From Candidatus Multivoradales bacterium (GTDB taxonomy: Bacteria; Acidobacteriota; Thermoanaerobaculia; Multivoradales; Multivoraceae), in NCBI GenBank assembly GCA_965223325.1, contig CBDCWI010000002.1, positions 448,001 to 512,000 on the forward strand: a stretch of DNA of 64,000 nt, written 5' to 3'. Shown here in pieces: positions 52,848 through 62,982 of the stretch; the stretch's first letter is position 1, and each line of letters starts with the position of its first letter. The notes under the pieces were generated by a model that searched no databases, was not told the origin of the DNA, and saw only the letters and a program-made list of their open reading frames with translations. Both the position numbers and the translations under genes were made by a program.

Positions 52848-53623
52848 CGTCCGGCCCGGCGTGGACGAGCACCGTCGAAGTCGAGCGGCTGCGACAGGCG
52901 CGACAGGCGACCGCGAGCAGGCGTCGGCCCGTAGACGTGACGTGCCTGATGTTCGCTCTCGCGTTCGCCCGAGCGCTGCTCGCGGAGAGGATCGAGCCGC
53001 CGAGCGATCGCACGTCTCGGGGGCAGCGCGCGCGAGCGTGGGCAGGTTGCCTCTGAAGCAAGAGTGCGGGCGCGATTCTCGCGCTGTGTGTAGACGGACC
53101 TGTGGCTCGTACGCCGATGGGGCATGAATGCCTCCCTGGCGACCGCCGGTCTCCCGTCGGACAGCTGTGCGCTGTTCGCGAGAGCCTTTGGGTACGGAAC
53201 CTCCGTCGCGAATCGTACGGGTCGAGGAGGGTCACGCTCTACCCGTGCGACTGCTGGCCTCGTTTGCTTGCTGTCAACGAGACCGGTGGATCGCTATGTT
53301 CTGAAGAGATCTTGGGGTGTCTTGGCGGGTTTGTCTTTGATGCTGGTCTGGAGATGACCTGGTCGTTTCGCGCGCCGCCCTCTCGAGACACGCTGGGCCA
53401 CGGGGGCAGCGGTCGAGGGACCGGCAGGATGCGAACCACCAGGAAACGACGGACGCCGACTCGAAAGGTGATGCTGGGCGAGCAAGAACAAGGAAAGACG
53501 AACCGAGAAGGGGTCGGCCCGATCTGGAGAAGTTGGCTAACAATAGCGGAGTTGACTCCGCTCTGCACCTCTGGAGCAGAAAAGGTCGATCGACCGTACC
53601 GACCTCTCGCTCCAATCCGCGGC

Positions 53624-56059
53624 TCAGAAGACCGCGGGAAAGTCAGACGGGGCACCCTCACGCATCAGGGCGTAGACCTCTTCGATCACAGAGTCGGCGC
53701 TGGGCTTCGAGAAATAGTCGCCGTCTGAGCCGTAGGCAGGACGATGCTCCTGCCCCGAGATGGTGCGCGGCTCGGCATCGAGATGCCAGAAGGCGCCACC
53801 CTTTTCGAGAACCTGGTGCGTCATGTAGGCGGTCGTTCCACCGGGGACGTCTTCGTCGACGAAAACCACCCGACCTGTGCGTTCGACGGCGGCAGCGATA
53901 CGCCCATGAACATCGAAAGGCAACAGAGTCTGCACGTCGATCACTTCGCATTCGACCCCCAGACCCGCGAGTGCCTCCGCCGCCTCGAGGCATATCTCGA
54001 CGCAGGCTCCGTAGGTCACGATGGTGACATCGCTTCCCTCGCGCAGGGTCTCAGGAACACCGAGGGCGACGGTGAAGTCGCTCAGGTTCTCGGGAACGGG
54101 CAGCTTCTTGCGGTAGCCGTTGAGCACTTCGACGACTAGAGCCGGATCTTCGGCCGCCAGTAGTGTGTTGTACATGCCAGCGGCCTGCACGGCGTCGCGG
54201 GGCACACAGACTCGCAAGCCGCGGCACAGGTGAACGATTGCTGCCATTGGCGAGCCCGAATGCCAGATGCCTTCGAGACGATGGCCACGGGTCCTGATGA
54301 TCACCGGGGCACGCTGGCCGCCACGGGTACGCCAGTGGAGGGTCGAAAGCTCGTCCGACATGAGCTGAATGGCATACAGGATGTAGTCGAGATACTGGAT
54401 CTCGCAAATCGGTCGCAAACCGCGCAACGACATGCCGATCGCCTGGCCGAGGATGGTGGCTTCGCGAATGCCGGTGTCGGTGACCCGGTGCAGGCCGTAC
54501 TTGGCCTGCAGGTTCTGGAAGCCCTGGTTGACGTCACCCAGGCGGCCCACATCCTCGCCCATCGCAAAGAGGTGTGGCATGCGCTCGAGGGCCGCGTCGA
54601 AGCAGTTGTTGAAGATCTCGAAACCGGCCAGCATTCGGGGCTTGCCATTCTCGTCGTCTTGATAGGTGGGTGCGATCACGGGGACCTCGAGCGCACTCCC
54701 GGAGCCGTCAAGGTAGAGCGCCGAGGAGTAGCGCTCTCGACCGTCGTCCTGCTCAGCCTTGCGCCAGGCCAGCAGCCGGTCGCGCGCTGCGCCCCGGTGA
54801 TCGCGGGTGGCAATGAGCACCTCCGTGGCTGCAGCCAGCATGTCGCGGCGAATGGCGTAGCGCTTGCGCCCGAGCGACTTCAGCACCGGCGCGATGGCGT
54901 TCTCGAGACCGCTCTCGGACGAAACGGCTACCGCCAGGGCCTCGAACTCCTTCTGCATCTGCTCGAGTGGCGCGCGATAGGCAGCGCGGGCGTTGTCTCT
55001 GGCGGTCTCGACGAACCGTTCTTCTTCGAGCACGATGGCGTCGAGCTCCTCGGAGGTGGCGAGACCTTCACGCTCGATCCACTGGCGCATCTTGCGCAAG
55101 CAGTCCCAGCGCTCTTCCCACTCCAGGCGCTCAGCGGGTTTGTAGCGTTCGTGACTCCCGGAGGTGGAGTGGCCAAGCGGCTGGGTGAGCTCGGTGACAT
55201 GCAAAACGACCGGGACCTGGTCTTTGCGCATGTTCTGGGAGGTGCGCAGGTAGACCTCGCACAGCCGGGCGTAGTCCCACCCGGGCACGGTGTGCAAATC
55301 GAAGCCCGGGCGCCCACCAACGCGACGGCGGAAGCCCTGCAGAACGGCCGAGACCGAACCTTTGGTCATCTGGAACTGGTTGGGCACCGAGATGCCGTAG
55401 CCGTCATCCCAGATCGAGACCAGGGCCGGCGCCTGGAGGACACCGATCGCATTGATCGACTCCCAGAACAAGCCTTCGGCACAGCTGGCGTTGCCAATCG
55501 TTCCGAAGGCGATCTCCGAACCGTCATCAGAGAAGCCTGGCACTGCGTCAGCGAGGCCATCGACTTCACGATAGAGCTTCGACGCCAGCGCGAGACCGAC
55601 GAGCTTCGGCATCTGTGAAGCGGTTGGCGACAGGTCGGCGGCCGAGTTGTACTCGTCGATCGAATTCTTCCACTGGCCGTCGGCATCGATGAGTCGCGAC
55701 GCGAAGTGACCGTTCATCGAGCGGCCGGCGAAGAAGGGCTCGTGACGAGGATCGGCGTGCGCGTAGAGCTGGGCGAAGAACTGTTCAGCGCTGAGTACGC
55801 CGAGCGCCATCATCAGGGTCTGGTCGCGGTAGTAGCCACAGCGGTAGTCGCCGCGCTCGAAGGCATAGGCCATCGCGAGCTGGGCGACTTCTTTGCCGGC
55901 GCCGAAGATGCCGAATTTTGCTTTGCCGCTCAGGACTTCTTTGCGGCCGAGCACCGAGACGTGGCGGCTGCGCATACCGATTCTGAAGTCGCGGAGCACG
56001 GCTTCGCGGCTGAATTCGATACTGCCTGTCTTGAACGGTGAGGAGATGACGGTCGTCAT
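53624..56059 (-). CDS. 2-oxoacid dehydrogenase E1 with fused alpha and beta subunits (ThDP-dependent)
   Basis: GKAKFGIFG.GKE, YYRDQT, GNAS.AEG, WDDGYGISVP, GHSTSGSH, GEDVG, DTGIRE, EIQYLDY, GHRLEGIWHSGSP. Confidence 0.92.
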   Translation of the reverse strand: MTTVISSPFKTGSIEFSREAVLRDFRIGMRSRHVSVLGRKEVLSGKAKFGIFGAGKEVAQLAMAYAFERGDYRCGYYRDQTLMMALGVLSAEQFFAQLYAHADPRHEPFFAGRSMNGHFASRLIDADGQWKNSIDEYNSAADLSPTASQMPKLVGLALASKLYREVDGLADAVPGFSDDGSEIAFGTIGNASCAEGLFWESINAIGVLQAPALVSIWDDGYGISVPNQFQMTKGSVSAVLQGFRRRVGGRPGFDLHTVPGWDYARLCEVYLRTSQNMRKDQVPVVLHVTELTQPLGHSTSGSHERYKPAERLEWEERWDCLRKMRQWIEREGLATSEELDAIVLEEERFVETARDNARAAYRAPLEQMQKEFEALAVAVSSESGLENAIAPVLKSLGRKRYAIRRDMLAAATEVLIATRDHRGAARDRLLAWRKAEQDDGRERYSSALYLDGSGSALEVPVIAPTYQDDENGKPRMLAGFEIFNNCFDAALERMPHLFAMGEDVGRLGDVNQGFQNLQAKYGLHRVTDTGIREATILGQAIGMSLRGLRPICEIQYLDYILYAIQLMSDELSTLHWRTRGGQRAPVIIRTRGHRLEGIWHSGSPMAAIVHLCRGLRVCVPRDAVQAAGMYNTLLAAEDPALVVEVLNGYRKKLPVPENLSDFTVALGVPETLREGSDVTIVTYGACVEICLEAAEALAGLGVECEVIDVQTLLPFDVHGRIAAAVERTGRVVFVDEDVPGGTTAYMTHQVLEKGGAFWHLDAEPRTISGQEHRPAYGSDGDYFSKPSADSVIEEVYALMREGAPSDFPAVF

Positions 56060-56323
56060 GGTGGGTCGGTCATTCTAGCGCCTTCGTGCGTAACCAACGT
56101 GCGCCGGGACTTTGGTCGATCGACCAACTTCTCCGTGAGCCGTTACCGGCTGGATGCGGAGGGGCTCGCTCACCGTCCGTTCGGCTCCTGGATTGGGTAC
56201 TGGTGACGGGGTTGGAGGATGTTTGGGCAATGCCCTCCTGCACCACCGCGATACCAGGCACTGAGCAAGAGCCAAGCGGAGGGAGAGCCGTGGACTCTGT
56301 TGGGGGTTCGCGCGTTGGCGACT

Positions 56324-56341
56324 TTGTGAAATAGTTCACAA
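56324..56341. promoter_or_regulatory. Palindromic operator matching Rex (TTGTGAA-N4-TTCACAA) and CRP/FNR-family (TGTGA-N6-TCACA) consensus
   Basis: TTGTGAAATAGTTCACAA in the divergent intergenic region between the E1 gene and nqrA. Confidence 0.75.
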
Positions 56342-56606
56342 GCGTTGACCGAGCCATTCTGGAGAACGCCTCCGGAGAGCCTTGTTCTGAGAGCCTCGAG
56401 GCTTACTCTTGTTGCCCCTCCAGGCCAGTTGCCGTTGGGCAATTGCCATTGGGAAAGCCGCACGCTCGCGATTCGCTCCGACCTATACCCCTCCTGCCCA
56501 GTGATGACCGTCTCGGATGGCTGACGCGGCACCATGGCACCCGACCATGGCACGCGCGGGCGCGACCTGAACCTCTCTCTACCTCGTTGCTTCTAAGGAA
56601 CCCAGC

Positions 56607-57977
56607 ATGGCCTTGCACATGATCCGCCGCGGACTCGACTTGCCCATTAAAGGCGGGCCCGAGCAGCGTATTGAGGAGGCGTCTCACCCTGGCTCTGTCG
56701 CTGTTCTCGGAGATGACTATCCGGGCATGAAGCCGACGATGCACGTGCAGCCCGGAGATGGCGTGCGCATCGGACAGCTCTTGTTCGAAGACAAGAAGAA
56801 TGAGGGAGTACGGTTCACTTCGCCCGGCACCGGTGTGGTGAAGGCGGTGAATCGTGGAGCGAAGCGGCGCTTTGAGTCGGTGGTGATCCAGCTCGACCCG
56901 AGCGACCGCGGGGCGGACTCGGTGTCGTTTTCGGCCTACCGGGACAGCCACCCTTCGGGGCAGTCGCGCGACGAGGTGCGTGAGCTCTTGATCGAGTCGG
57001 GTGAGTGGGTGGCGCTGCGCGCCAGGCCGTTCGGGAGAGTCGCGGTGCCGACGACGGTTCCAAAGTCGGTTTTCGTCAACGCGATGGACACCGATCCGCT
57101 GGGTCCAGACGTCGATCTGATTCTTGCTGGGCGCGAGTCGGACTTCGAGCGCGGTTTGTGGGCGCTTTCGAAATTGACCGATGGCACGGTCTATGTCTGC
57201 CGTCACCAGGACGGGGCGGCTACGCCTCCGGATGGCGGTCCGTTCAAGGTCGAAGAGTTCATTGGCAAGCATCCGGCCGGGCTTTCGGGTACTCACATCC
57301 ACACCCTCGATCCCGTCGACCGCAACAAGCTGGTTTGGTGGACGTCGCTTCAGGATGTGCTGGCAATTGGGCATCTGTTCCGCACCGGCAGTCTCGACGT
57401 GTCGCGGGTGGTGTCGCTGGCCGGGCCCGGGGCCCGCAACCCGCGGCTTCTCCGAACTCGGCGGGGAGCATCCACCGATCGCTTGACCTCCGGTGAGACC
57501 AGGAACCCTGACGCGGAGCAGCGGGTCATTTCGGGCTCGGTGCTTTCTGGGCGCATGGCCATGGGCGACGTGCACGGCTACCTGGGGCGCTACGACCAGC
57601 AAATCGCCATCCTCGAAGAAGACCGCGAGCGCAAGTTGTTCGGCTGGATGGGGCCGGGGTTCGACAAGTTCTCGGTCAAGAACCTGTTCGTCTCGAAGCT
57701 CTTGATGGGCCACAAGTTCAACATGACGACGTCGACTCACGGCTCGCCACGCGCCATCGTCCCGATTGGCATGTACGAGAAAGTCATGCCGCTCGACATC
57801 ATGCCGACCTTCCTTCTGCGTTCGCTGGTGGTGCAGGACATCGAGCGGCTCGAAGAGCTCGGCGTGCTCGAGCTCATCGAAGAAGACCTGGCGCTCTGCA
57901 CTTTCGTGTGCCCGGGCAAGATCGACTACGGAACCCACCTGCGCAACGCGCTTTCTACGATCGAAAGAGAAGGGTGA
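56607..57977 (+). CDS. nqrA: Na+-translocating NADH:quinone reductase subunit A
   Basis: [54 protein letters not shown]. Confidence 0.97.
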   Translation: MALHMIRRGLDLPIKGGPEQRIEEASHPGSVAVLGDDYPGMKPTMHVQPGDGVRIGQLLFEDKKNEGVRFTSPGTGVVKAVNRGAKRRFESVVIQLDPSDRGADSVSFSAYRDSHPSGQSRDEVRELLIESGEWVALRARPFGRVAVPTTVPKSVFVNAMDTDPLGPDVDLILAGRESDFERGLWALSKLTDGTVYVCRHQDGAATPPDGGPFKVEEFIGKHPAGLSGTHIHTLDPVDRNKLVWWTSLQDVLAIGHLFRTGSLDVSRVVSLAGPGARNPRLLRTRRGASTDRLTSGETRNPDAEQRVISGSVLSGRMAMGDVHGYLGRYDQQIAILEEDRERKLFGWMGPGFDKFSVKNLFVSKLLMGHKFNMTTSTHGSPRAIVPIGMYEKVMPLDIMPTFLLRSLVVQDIERLEELGVLELIEEDLALCTFVCPGKIDYGTHLRNALSTIEREG

Positions 57978-57986
57978 CCTGAGCAC

Positions 57987-59234
57987 ATGAAACTGCTTAG
58001 ACGATTCCTCGACAAGCAAGGCGAGATGTTCGAGGAGGGTGGCCGGTTCGAGAAGTTCCACGCCCTCTACGAAGCTCCCGACACCATCCTGTACACCCCG
58101 GGCGAGGTCACCCGCGGGGCGTCCCACGTGCGCGATGCAGCCGACCTCAAGCGCATCATGGTGACGGTGGCGGTAGCGCTCATCCCCGCGATCCTGATGG
58201 CGATGTACAACACCGGCCTGCAGGCCCACCTGGCGATTCAGTCGGGCGCCCTGGCCCTCGACACCTGGCAGACGACTGCCATGCAGTGGCTCGGTCTCGA
58301 CGCCTGGGTGATCTCGGGCTCCGGAGCGGACCCGTGGAACCTGCTCGCCTGTTTCGTCCACGGAGCGCTCTACTACCTGCCAATCCTGATCGTCACGTTT
58401 GCGATCGGTGGCAATGTCGAGGTGCTGTTCTCCATCGTACGCAAGCACGAAATCAACGAGGGCTTTCTGGTCACCGGGCTGCTCTACCCGCTCACCCTGC
58501 CGCCAACCATTCCGCTCTGGCAGGTGGCAATTGGCATCATCTTCGGCGTCCTCGTTGGCAAGGAGATCTTCGGCGGCACGGGGATGAACGTGCTCAACCC
58601 GGCGCTCACCGCGCGTGTGTTCTTGTTCTTCGCCTATCCCGGGTACATCTCTGGCGACTCGGTGTGGATCGCAGCGCAGAAGGCCCCCGATGCCTTCACC
58701 GGGGCAACGCTTCTGGCGCAGGGCTTCGAAGGCGGCATGCAGCAGGTCACCGCCACTGCCGGCTTCTGGCAGTCTTTCCTGGGCTTCATACCGGGTTCGA
58801 TGGGAGAAACCTCCACCCTGGCCTGCATCCTGGGTGGTGCCTTGCTCCTCATCACCGGAGTTGCCTCCTGGCGCATCATCGCTGGAGCGACGATCGGCAC
58901 GGTGGTGATTGCCACACTCCTCAACCTGATCGGTAGCTCGGCTACCAACGGCATGCTCGAGGTGCCGTTCTGGTGGCACATGGTGCTCGGCAGCTGGGCG
59001 TTCGCGGTCGTCTTCATGGCGACCGATCCGGTCAGTGCCGCCCACTCCGAAACCGGCAAATGGATCTATGGCTTCTTGATTGGCGTCATGGGCATTCTGA
59101 TTCGCACCGTCAACCCCGCGTTCCCCGAAGGCATGATGCTCGGCATCTTGTTCATGAACCTCTTCTCGGCATTCATCGACTACTACGTCGTGCGCGCCAA
59201 CATCAAACGCAGAAAGGCCCGCTATGCAGCGTAA
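57987..59234 (+). CDS. nqrB: Na+-NQR subunit B
   Basis: HVRD..DLKR.M, NEGFLVT, KEIFGGTGMN, FMN-attachment site D.FTGAT, FMATDPVS. Confidence 0.97.
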   Translation: MKLLRRFLDKQGEMFEEGGRFEKFHALYEAPDTILYTPGEVTRGASHVRDAADLKRIMVTVAVALIPAILMAMYNTGLQAHLAIQSGALALDTWQTTAMQWLGLDAWVISGSGADPWNLLACFVHGALYYLPILIVTFAIGGNVEVLFSIVRKHEINEGFLVTGLLYPLTLPPTIPLWQVAIGIIFGVLVGKEIFGGTGMNVLNPALTARVFLFFAYPGYISGDSVWIAAQKAPDAFTGATLLAQGFEGGMQQVTATAGFWQSFLGFIPGSMGETSTLACILGGALLLITGVASWRIIAGATIGTVVIATLLNLIGSSATNGMLEVPFWWHMVLGSWAFAVVFMATDPVSAAHSETGKWIYGFLIGVMGILIRTVNPAFPEGMMLGILFMNLFSAFIDYYVVRANIKRRKARYAA

Positions 59235-60015
59235 TAGCAGCCTCTACACGATTCTCTTCGCCACCGCCATGTGCGTGGTCTGCGGCATCCTGGTGTCGTC
59301 GGCGGCGGTCAGCCTGCTCGAGCGCCAGGAATTCAATGCTGCTCTGGACAAGCGCACCAAGGTCCTCGAGGCGGCCGGCTTCATTGCCCCCAAGGAAAAG
59401 GTCACTGCCGAGCGCGTCGATGAGCTGTTCCAGAACATCGAAACGGTCGCCCTCGACATGGCGACCAAAGCCGAGGCGCCCGACTTCGACCTCGAGGGCT
59501 ACGACCAGGTCAAGGCCACCGGCGACCCAGCCAAGAGCCTCGAAGCGCCGGCCAACAATGCCGCGATCCAACGGGTCCCGAAGTATGCGCAGATCTTCAA
59601 GGTCAAAGACGCTTCGGGCAACGTCGACATGTTGGTCCTACCGATCGAGGGCCTGGGACTCTGGGGAACGCTCTACGGCTACATCGCCGTCGACCCTGGT
59701 GACAATCAGGTGCGTGGCATTACCTACTACAAGCATAAAGAGACCCCGGGGCTCGGGGGCGAGGTCGACAACCCGCTGTGGAAGGGCCGTTGGCCGGACC
59801 GCAAGATCTATGACGACGGCGCGGTAGGAGGCGCGGTCGCTCTCGAAGTCATCAAGGGCAGTGCCGGCTCGGTGGAAGAAACGCCCTATCGGGTCGACGG
59901 GCTGTCTGGTGCAACCATCACCGGCCGGGGCGTGACCAACATGATCCACTTCTGGCTCGGGCCAGAAGGCTTCGGTCAGTACATCGAAGCCATCGCCAGC
60001 GCGAAGGAGGCTTAG
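59224..60015 (+). CDS. nqrC: Na+-NQR subunit C
   Basis: GLWGTLYG, ETPGLGGE, FMN-attachment site VDGLSGATIT. Confidence 0.97.
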   Translation: MQRNSSLYTILFATAMCVVCGILVSSAAVSLLERQEFNAALDKRTKVLEAAGFIAPKEKVTAERVDELFQNIETVALDMATKAEAPDFDLEGYDQVKATGDPAKSLEAPANNAAIQRVPKYAQIFKVKDASGNVDMLVLPIEGLGLWGTLYGYIAVDPGDNQVRGITYYKHKETPGLGGEVDNPLWKGRWPDRKIYDDGAVGGAVALEVIKGSAGSVEETPYRVDGLSGATITGRGVTNMIHFWLGPEGFGQYIEAIASAKEA

Positions 60016-60021
60016 GAACCA

Positions 60022-60648
60022 ATGGCCAAGTCTGACCGGGAAGCCTTTCTGGATCCCCTTTTCAATGACAACCCGATCGCCCTTCAGGTGCTTGGTATCT
60101 GTAGCGCGCTGGCGGTGACCACCAAGCTCGAGACGGCGACCGTCATGTGCCTGGCGGTGATCTTCGTTCTCATCATGTCGAATCTTTCGATCAGCATCCT
60201 GCGCGATCACATTCCGAACTCGATACGGATCGTCGTACAACTTGTCGTCATTGCCTCGCTGGTCATCGTCGTCGACCAGTTCTTGAAGGCATTTCTCTAC
60301 GAGACCAGCAAGCAGCTCTCCGTGTTCGTTGGTTTGATCATCACCAACTGCATCATCATGGGCCGCGCCGAGGCCTTTGCGATGCAGAACGGCCCCCGCC
60401 TGTCGCTCATGGACGCGATTGGCAACGGCATCGGCTACAGCCTGATCCTCTTGATCACCGCGTTTCTGCGCGAACTGTTCGGTTCCGGAAAGCTGTTTGG
60501 CACAAACGTCATGACCCCGGTGAACGAGGGCGGTTGGTACGAGCCCAATGGCGTGATGCTGCTCTCACCGAGTGCCTTCTTCATTATCGGCGGACTGATC
60601 TGGTTGCTGCGAACGTGGAAGCCAGAACAGATCGAGGAGGAGGGTTAA
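60022..60648 (+). CDS. nqrD: Na+-NQR subunit D
   Basis: [35 protein letters not shown]. Confidence 0.97.
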   Translation: MAKSDREAFLDPLFNDNPIALQVLGICSALAVTTKLETATVMCLAVIFVLIMSNLSISILRDHIPNSIRIVVQLVVIASLVIVVDQFLKAFLYETSKQLSVFVGLIITNCIIMGRAEAFAMQNGPRLSLMDAIGNGIGYSLILLITAFLRELFGSGKLFGTNVMTPVNEGGWYEPNGVMLLSPSAFFIIGGLIWLLRTWKPEQIEEEG

Positions 60649-60650
60649 GG

Positions 60651-61265
60651 ATGGAGCACTATCTGTCTCTCCTGGTCAAAGCCATTTTTGTAGAAAACAT
60701 GGCCCTCACCTTCTTCCTGGGTATGTGTTCATTCCTGGCGGTGTCGAAGAAGGTCGAGACTGCCGTCGGTCTCGGCATGGCGGTCATCTTCGTGCTGACC
60801 GTGACGGTGCCGATGAACTACCTGTTCAAGGCCTACCTGCTCGAAGAAGGGGCGCTGTCGTGGCTTTCGGAGTCGCTCGGTGGCTATGACCTCGAGTTCC
60901 TCTCGCTGCTCTGCTTCATCGGCTCGATTGCCGCCATGGTGCAGCTGGTCGAGATGACGCTGGACCGCTTCTTCCCAGCGCTCTACAACACCCTGGGCAT
61001 CTTCCTGCCGTTGATCGCGGTCAACTGCGCCATCCTCGGCGGTTCGTTGTTCATGGTCGAGCGCGACTACAACCTGGCCGAGTCGGCGGTGTTCGGCCTC
61101 GGAGCCGGCATTGGCTGGTTCCTGGCGATCGTTGCCCTGGCTTCGATTCGCGAGCGCATGCGCTACAGCAACGTGCCCAAGAGCCTGCGGGGCCTCGGCA
61201 TCACCTTCATTCTCACCGGCCTGATGGCCTTCGGCTTCCTGGCCTTTGGCGGGATCCAGCTGTGA
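60651..61265 (+). CDS. nqrE: Na+-NQR subunit E
   Basis: [39 protein letters not shown]; ATG at 60651. Confidence 0.97.
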   Translation: MEHYLSLLVKAIFVENMALTFFLGMCSFLAVSKKVETAVGLGMAVIFVLTVTVPMNYLFKAYLLEEGALSWLSESLGGYDLEFLSLLCFIGSIAAMVQLVEMTLDRFFPALYNTLGIFLPLIAVNCAILGGSLFMVERDYNLAESAVFGLGAGIGWFLAIVALASIRERMRYSNVPKSLRGLGITFILTGLMAFGFLAFGGIQL

Positions 61266-61321
61266 GCCCCGTTCTTGCGCCGGCCACTCCTACTTCGAAC
61301 CTGACCCTGGAACGTTAGATC

Positions 61322-62545
61322 ATGGGAACAGTCACCCTCGGCGTCATCATGTTCACGGCCGTCATTCTCGGCTTGGTGTCGATCCTGATGTTTGCCAAGA
61401 GCAAGCTGGTCGCCAGTGGTGAGGTTTCGATCCTCATCAACGAAGACCCGGCCAACACCATCAAGACCGCGGCCGGCAGCACACTGCTCAACACCCTGGC
61501 CGACAACAAGATCTTCATTCCCTCGGCCTGCGGCGGCCAGGGCACCTGTGGGGTTTGCAAGGTCAACGTCCTGGAAGGCGGTGGTTCGATGCTGCCCACC
61601 GAGAAGGGCCACATCTCGCGTGGCGAGGCCCGTGAAGGCTGCCGTCTGTCGTGCCAGGTCAAAGTCAAGCAGGACATGGAGATCGAGATCGAGCCCGAGA
61701 TCTTCGGCGTCAAGCGGTGGACGTGCAAGGTGCGCTCGAACGACAACGTCGCCACCTTCATCAAGGAGTTGGTGCTCGAGCTACCCGAAGGTGAAGCGGT
61801 ACCGTTCCGCGCCGGCGGTTACATCCAGATCGAGTGCCCGCCCCACGTCGCGGCCTACAAAGACTTCGACATTCAGGAGGAGTACCGCGGCGACTGGGAC
61901 AAGTTCGACATGTGGCGCTTCGTCTCCAAGGTCGACGAGGTCGTCAACCGCGCGTACTCGATGGCCAACTATCCGGAAGAGGCGGGCATCATCATGCTCA
62001 ACGTGCGTGTCGCCTCCCCCCCACCGCGTCAGCCCGACGTGCCGCCGGGGCAGATGTCGTCGTACATCTTCAACCTCAAGCCGGGTGACGAGGTCGTCAT
62101 CTCGGGGCCGTTCGGCGAGTTCTTCGCCCGCGACACCAACGCCGAGATGTGCTTCATTGGCGGCGGCGCCGGTATGGCTCCGATGCGTTCGCACATCTTC
62201 GACCAGTTCAAGCGTTTGCACACCGATCGCAAGGTCACCTTCTGGTACGGCGCGCGCTCCTATCGCGAAGCCTTCTACGTCGACCACTTCGACGGGATTG
62301 CTGAAGAGAACGACAACTTCGACTGGTACCTCGCCCTCTCGGACCCACTCGAAGAAGACAACTGGGACGGCCTCACCGGCTTCATCCACCAGGTCACCCT
62401 CGATGAGTACCTCAGCAAGCATCCCGCGCCCGAGGACATCGAGTACTACCTGTGCGGACCACCGATGATGTTGCAGGCGTGCATGAAAATGCTCGATGAT
62501 CTCGGGGTCGAGCCCGAGAACGTGATGTTCGACGACTTCGGGTAG
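61322..62545 (+). CDS. nqrF: Na+-NQR subunit F
   Basis: SACGG.GTCG.C, RLSCQ (2Fe-2S), [28 protein letters not shown]. Confidence 0.97.
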   Translation: MGTVTLGVIMFTAVILGLVSILMFAKSKLVASGEVSILINEDPANTIKTAAGSTLLNTLADNKIFIPSACGGQGTCGVCKVNVLEGGGSMLPTEKGHISRGEAREGCRLSCQVKVKQDMEIEIEPEIFGVKRWTCKVRSNDNVATFIKELVLELPEGEAVPFRAGGYIQIECPPHVAAYKDFDIQEEYRGDWDKFDMWRFVSKVDEVVNRAYSMANYPEEAGIIMLNVRVASPPPRQPDVPPGQMSSYIFNLKPGDEVVISGPFGEFFARDTNAEMCFIGGGAGMAPMRSHIFDQFKRLHTDRKVTFWYGARSYREAFYVDHFDGIAEENDNFDWYLALSDPLEEDNWDGLTGFIHQVTLDEYLSKHPAPEDIEYYLCGPPMMLQACMKMLDDLGVEPENVMFDDFG

Positions 62546-62982
62546 GGATCGATGTGGTTTTTCGGCCACTTTCAGGTTTTCTGGCAGCGATTCGCTGTGT
62601 ACTACCGGAGCGTCTGCGAACGGCCAGCAACACGTCGTTACCACATCGATCCCTACTGGTCTTCTCCCCCCTTGGGTCCCCCGGAGGGGGAAAAAGGCGC
62701 AGGCGGTCCACGGCGCGGGCCGTCTTCAACGGCATCCGCCCTGCACATGCAACCGGGTTCTGCACCACGTCTTGCGCGCGCCTTATCACTTCGCCGCCAC
62801 CGGAGCTCTAGGAAGACCGGAGGAGAGAAAGGCGACGCCGCCGTTTTCGGCCACTTTCAGGTTCTCTGGCAGCGATTCGCTGTACTACCGGAGCTTCTGC
62901 AAACGGCTAGCAACACGTCGTTACCACACCGATCCCTACTGGTCTTCTCCCCCCTTGGGTCCCCCGGAGGGGAAAAAAGGCG
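62542..62982. repeat. Duplicated ~140-bp REP-like element with GTAG-ended 17-bp inverted repeat
   Basis: GTAGGGATCGATGTGGT (62542-62558) is the reverse complement of 62640-62656; about 62559-62699 is directly repeated at about 62843-62982. Confidence 0.85.

Noticed and set aside
56342-56606. Possible Na+/Li+ or c-di-GMP riboswitch in the nqrA leader
   Set aside because: Only superficial fragments (GGGCAA, GGGAAAGCC); I could not build the consensus structure by eye.
56403-59045. 880-aa minus-strand ORF
   Set aside because: Antisense shadow of nqrA/nqrB.
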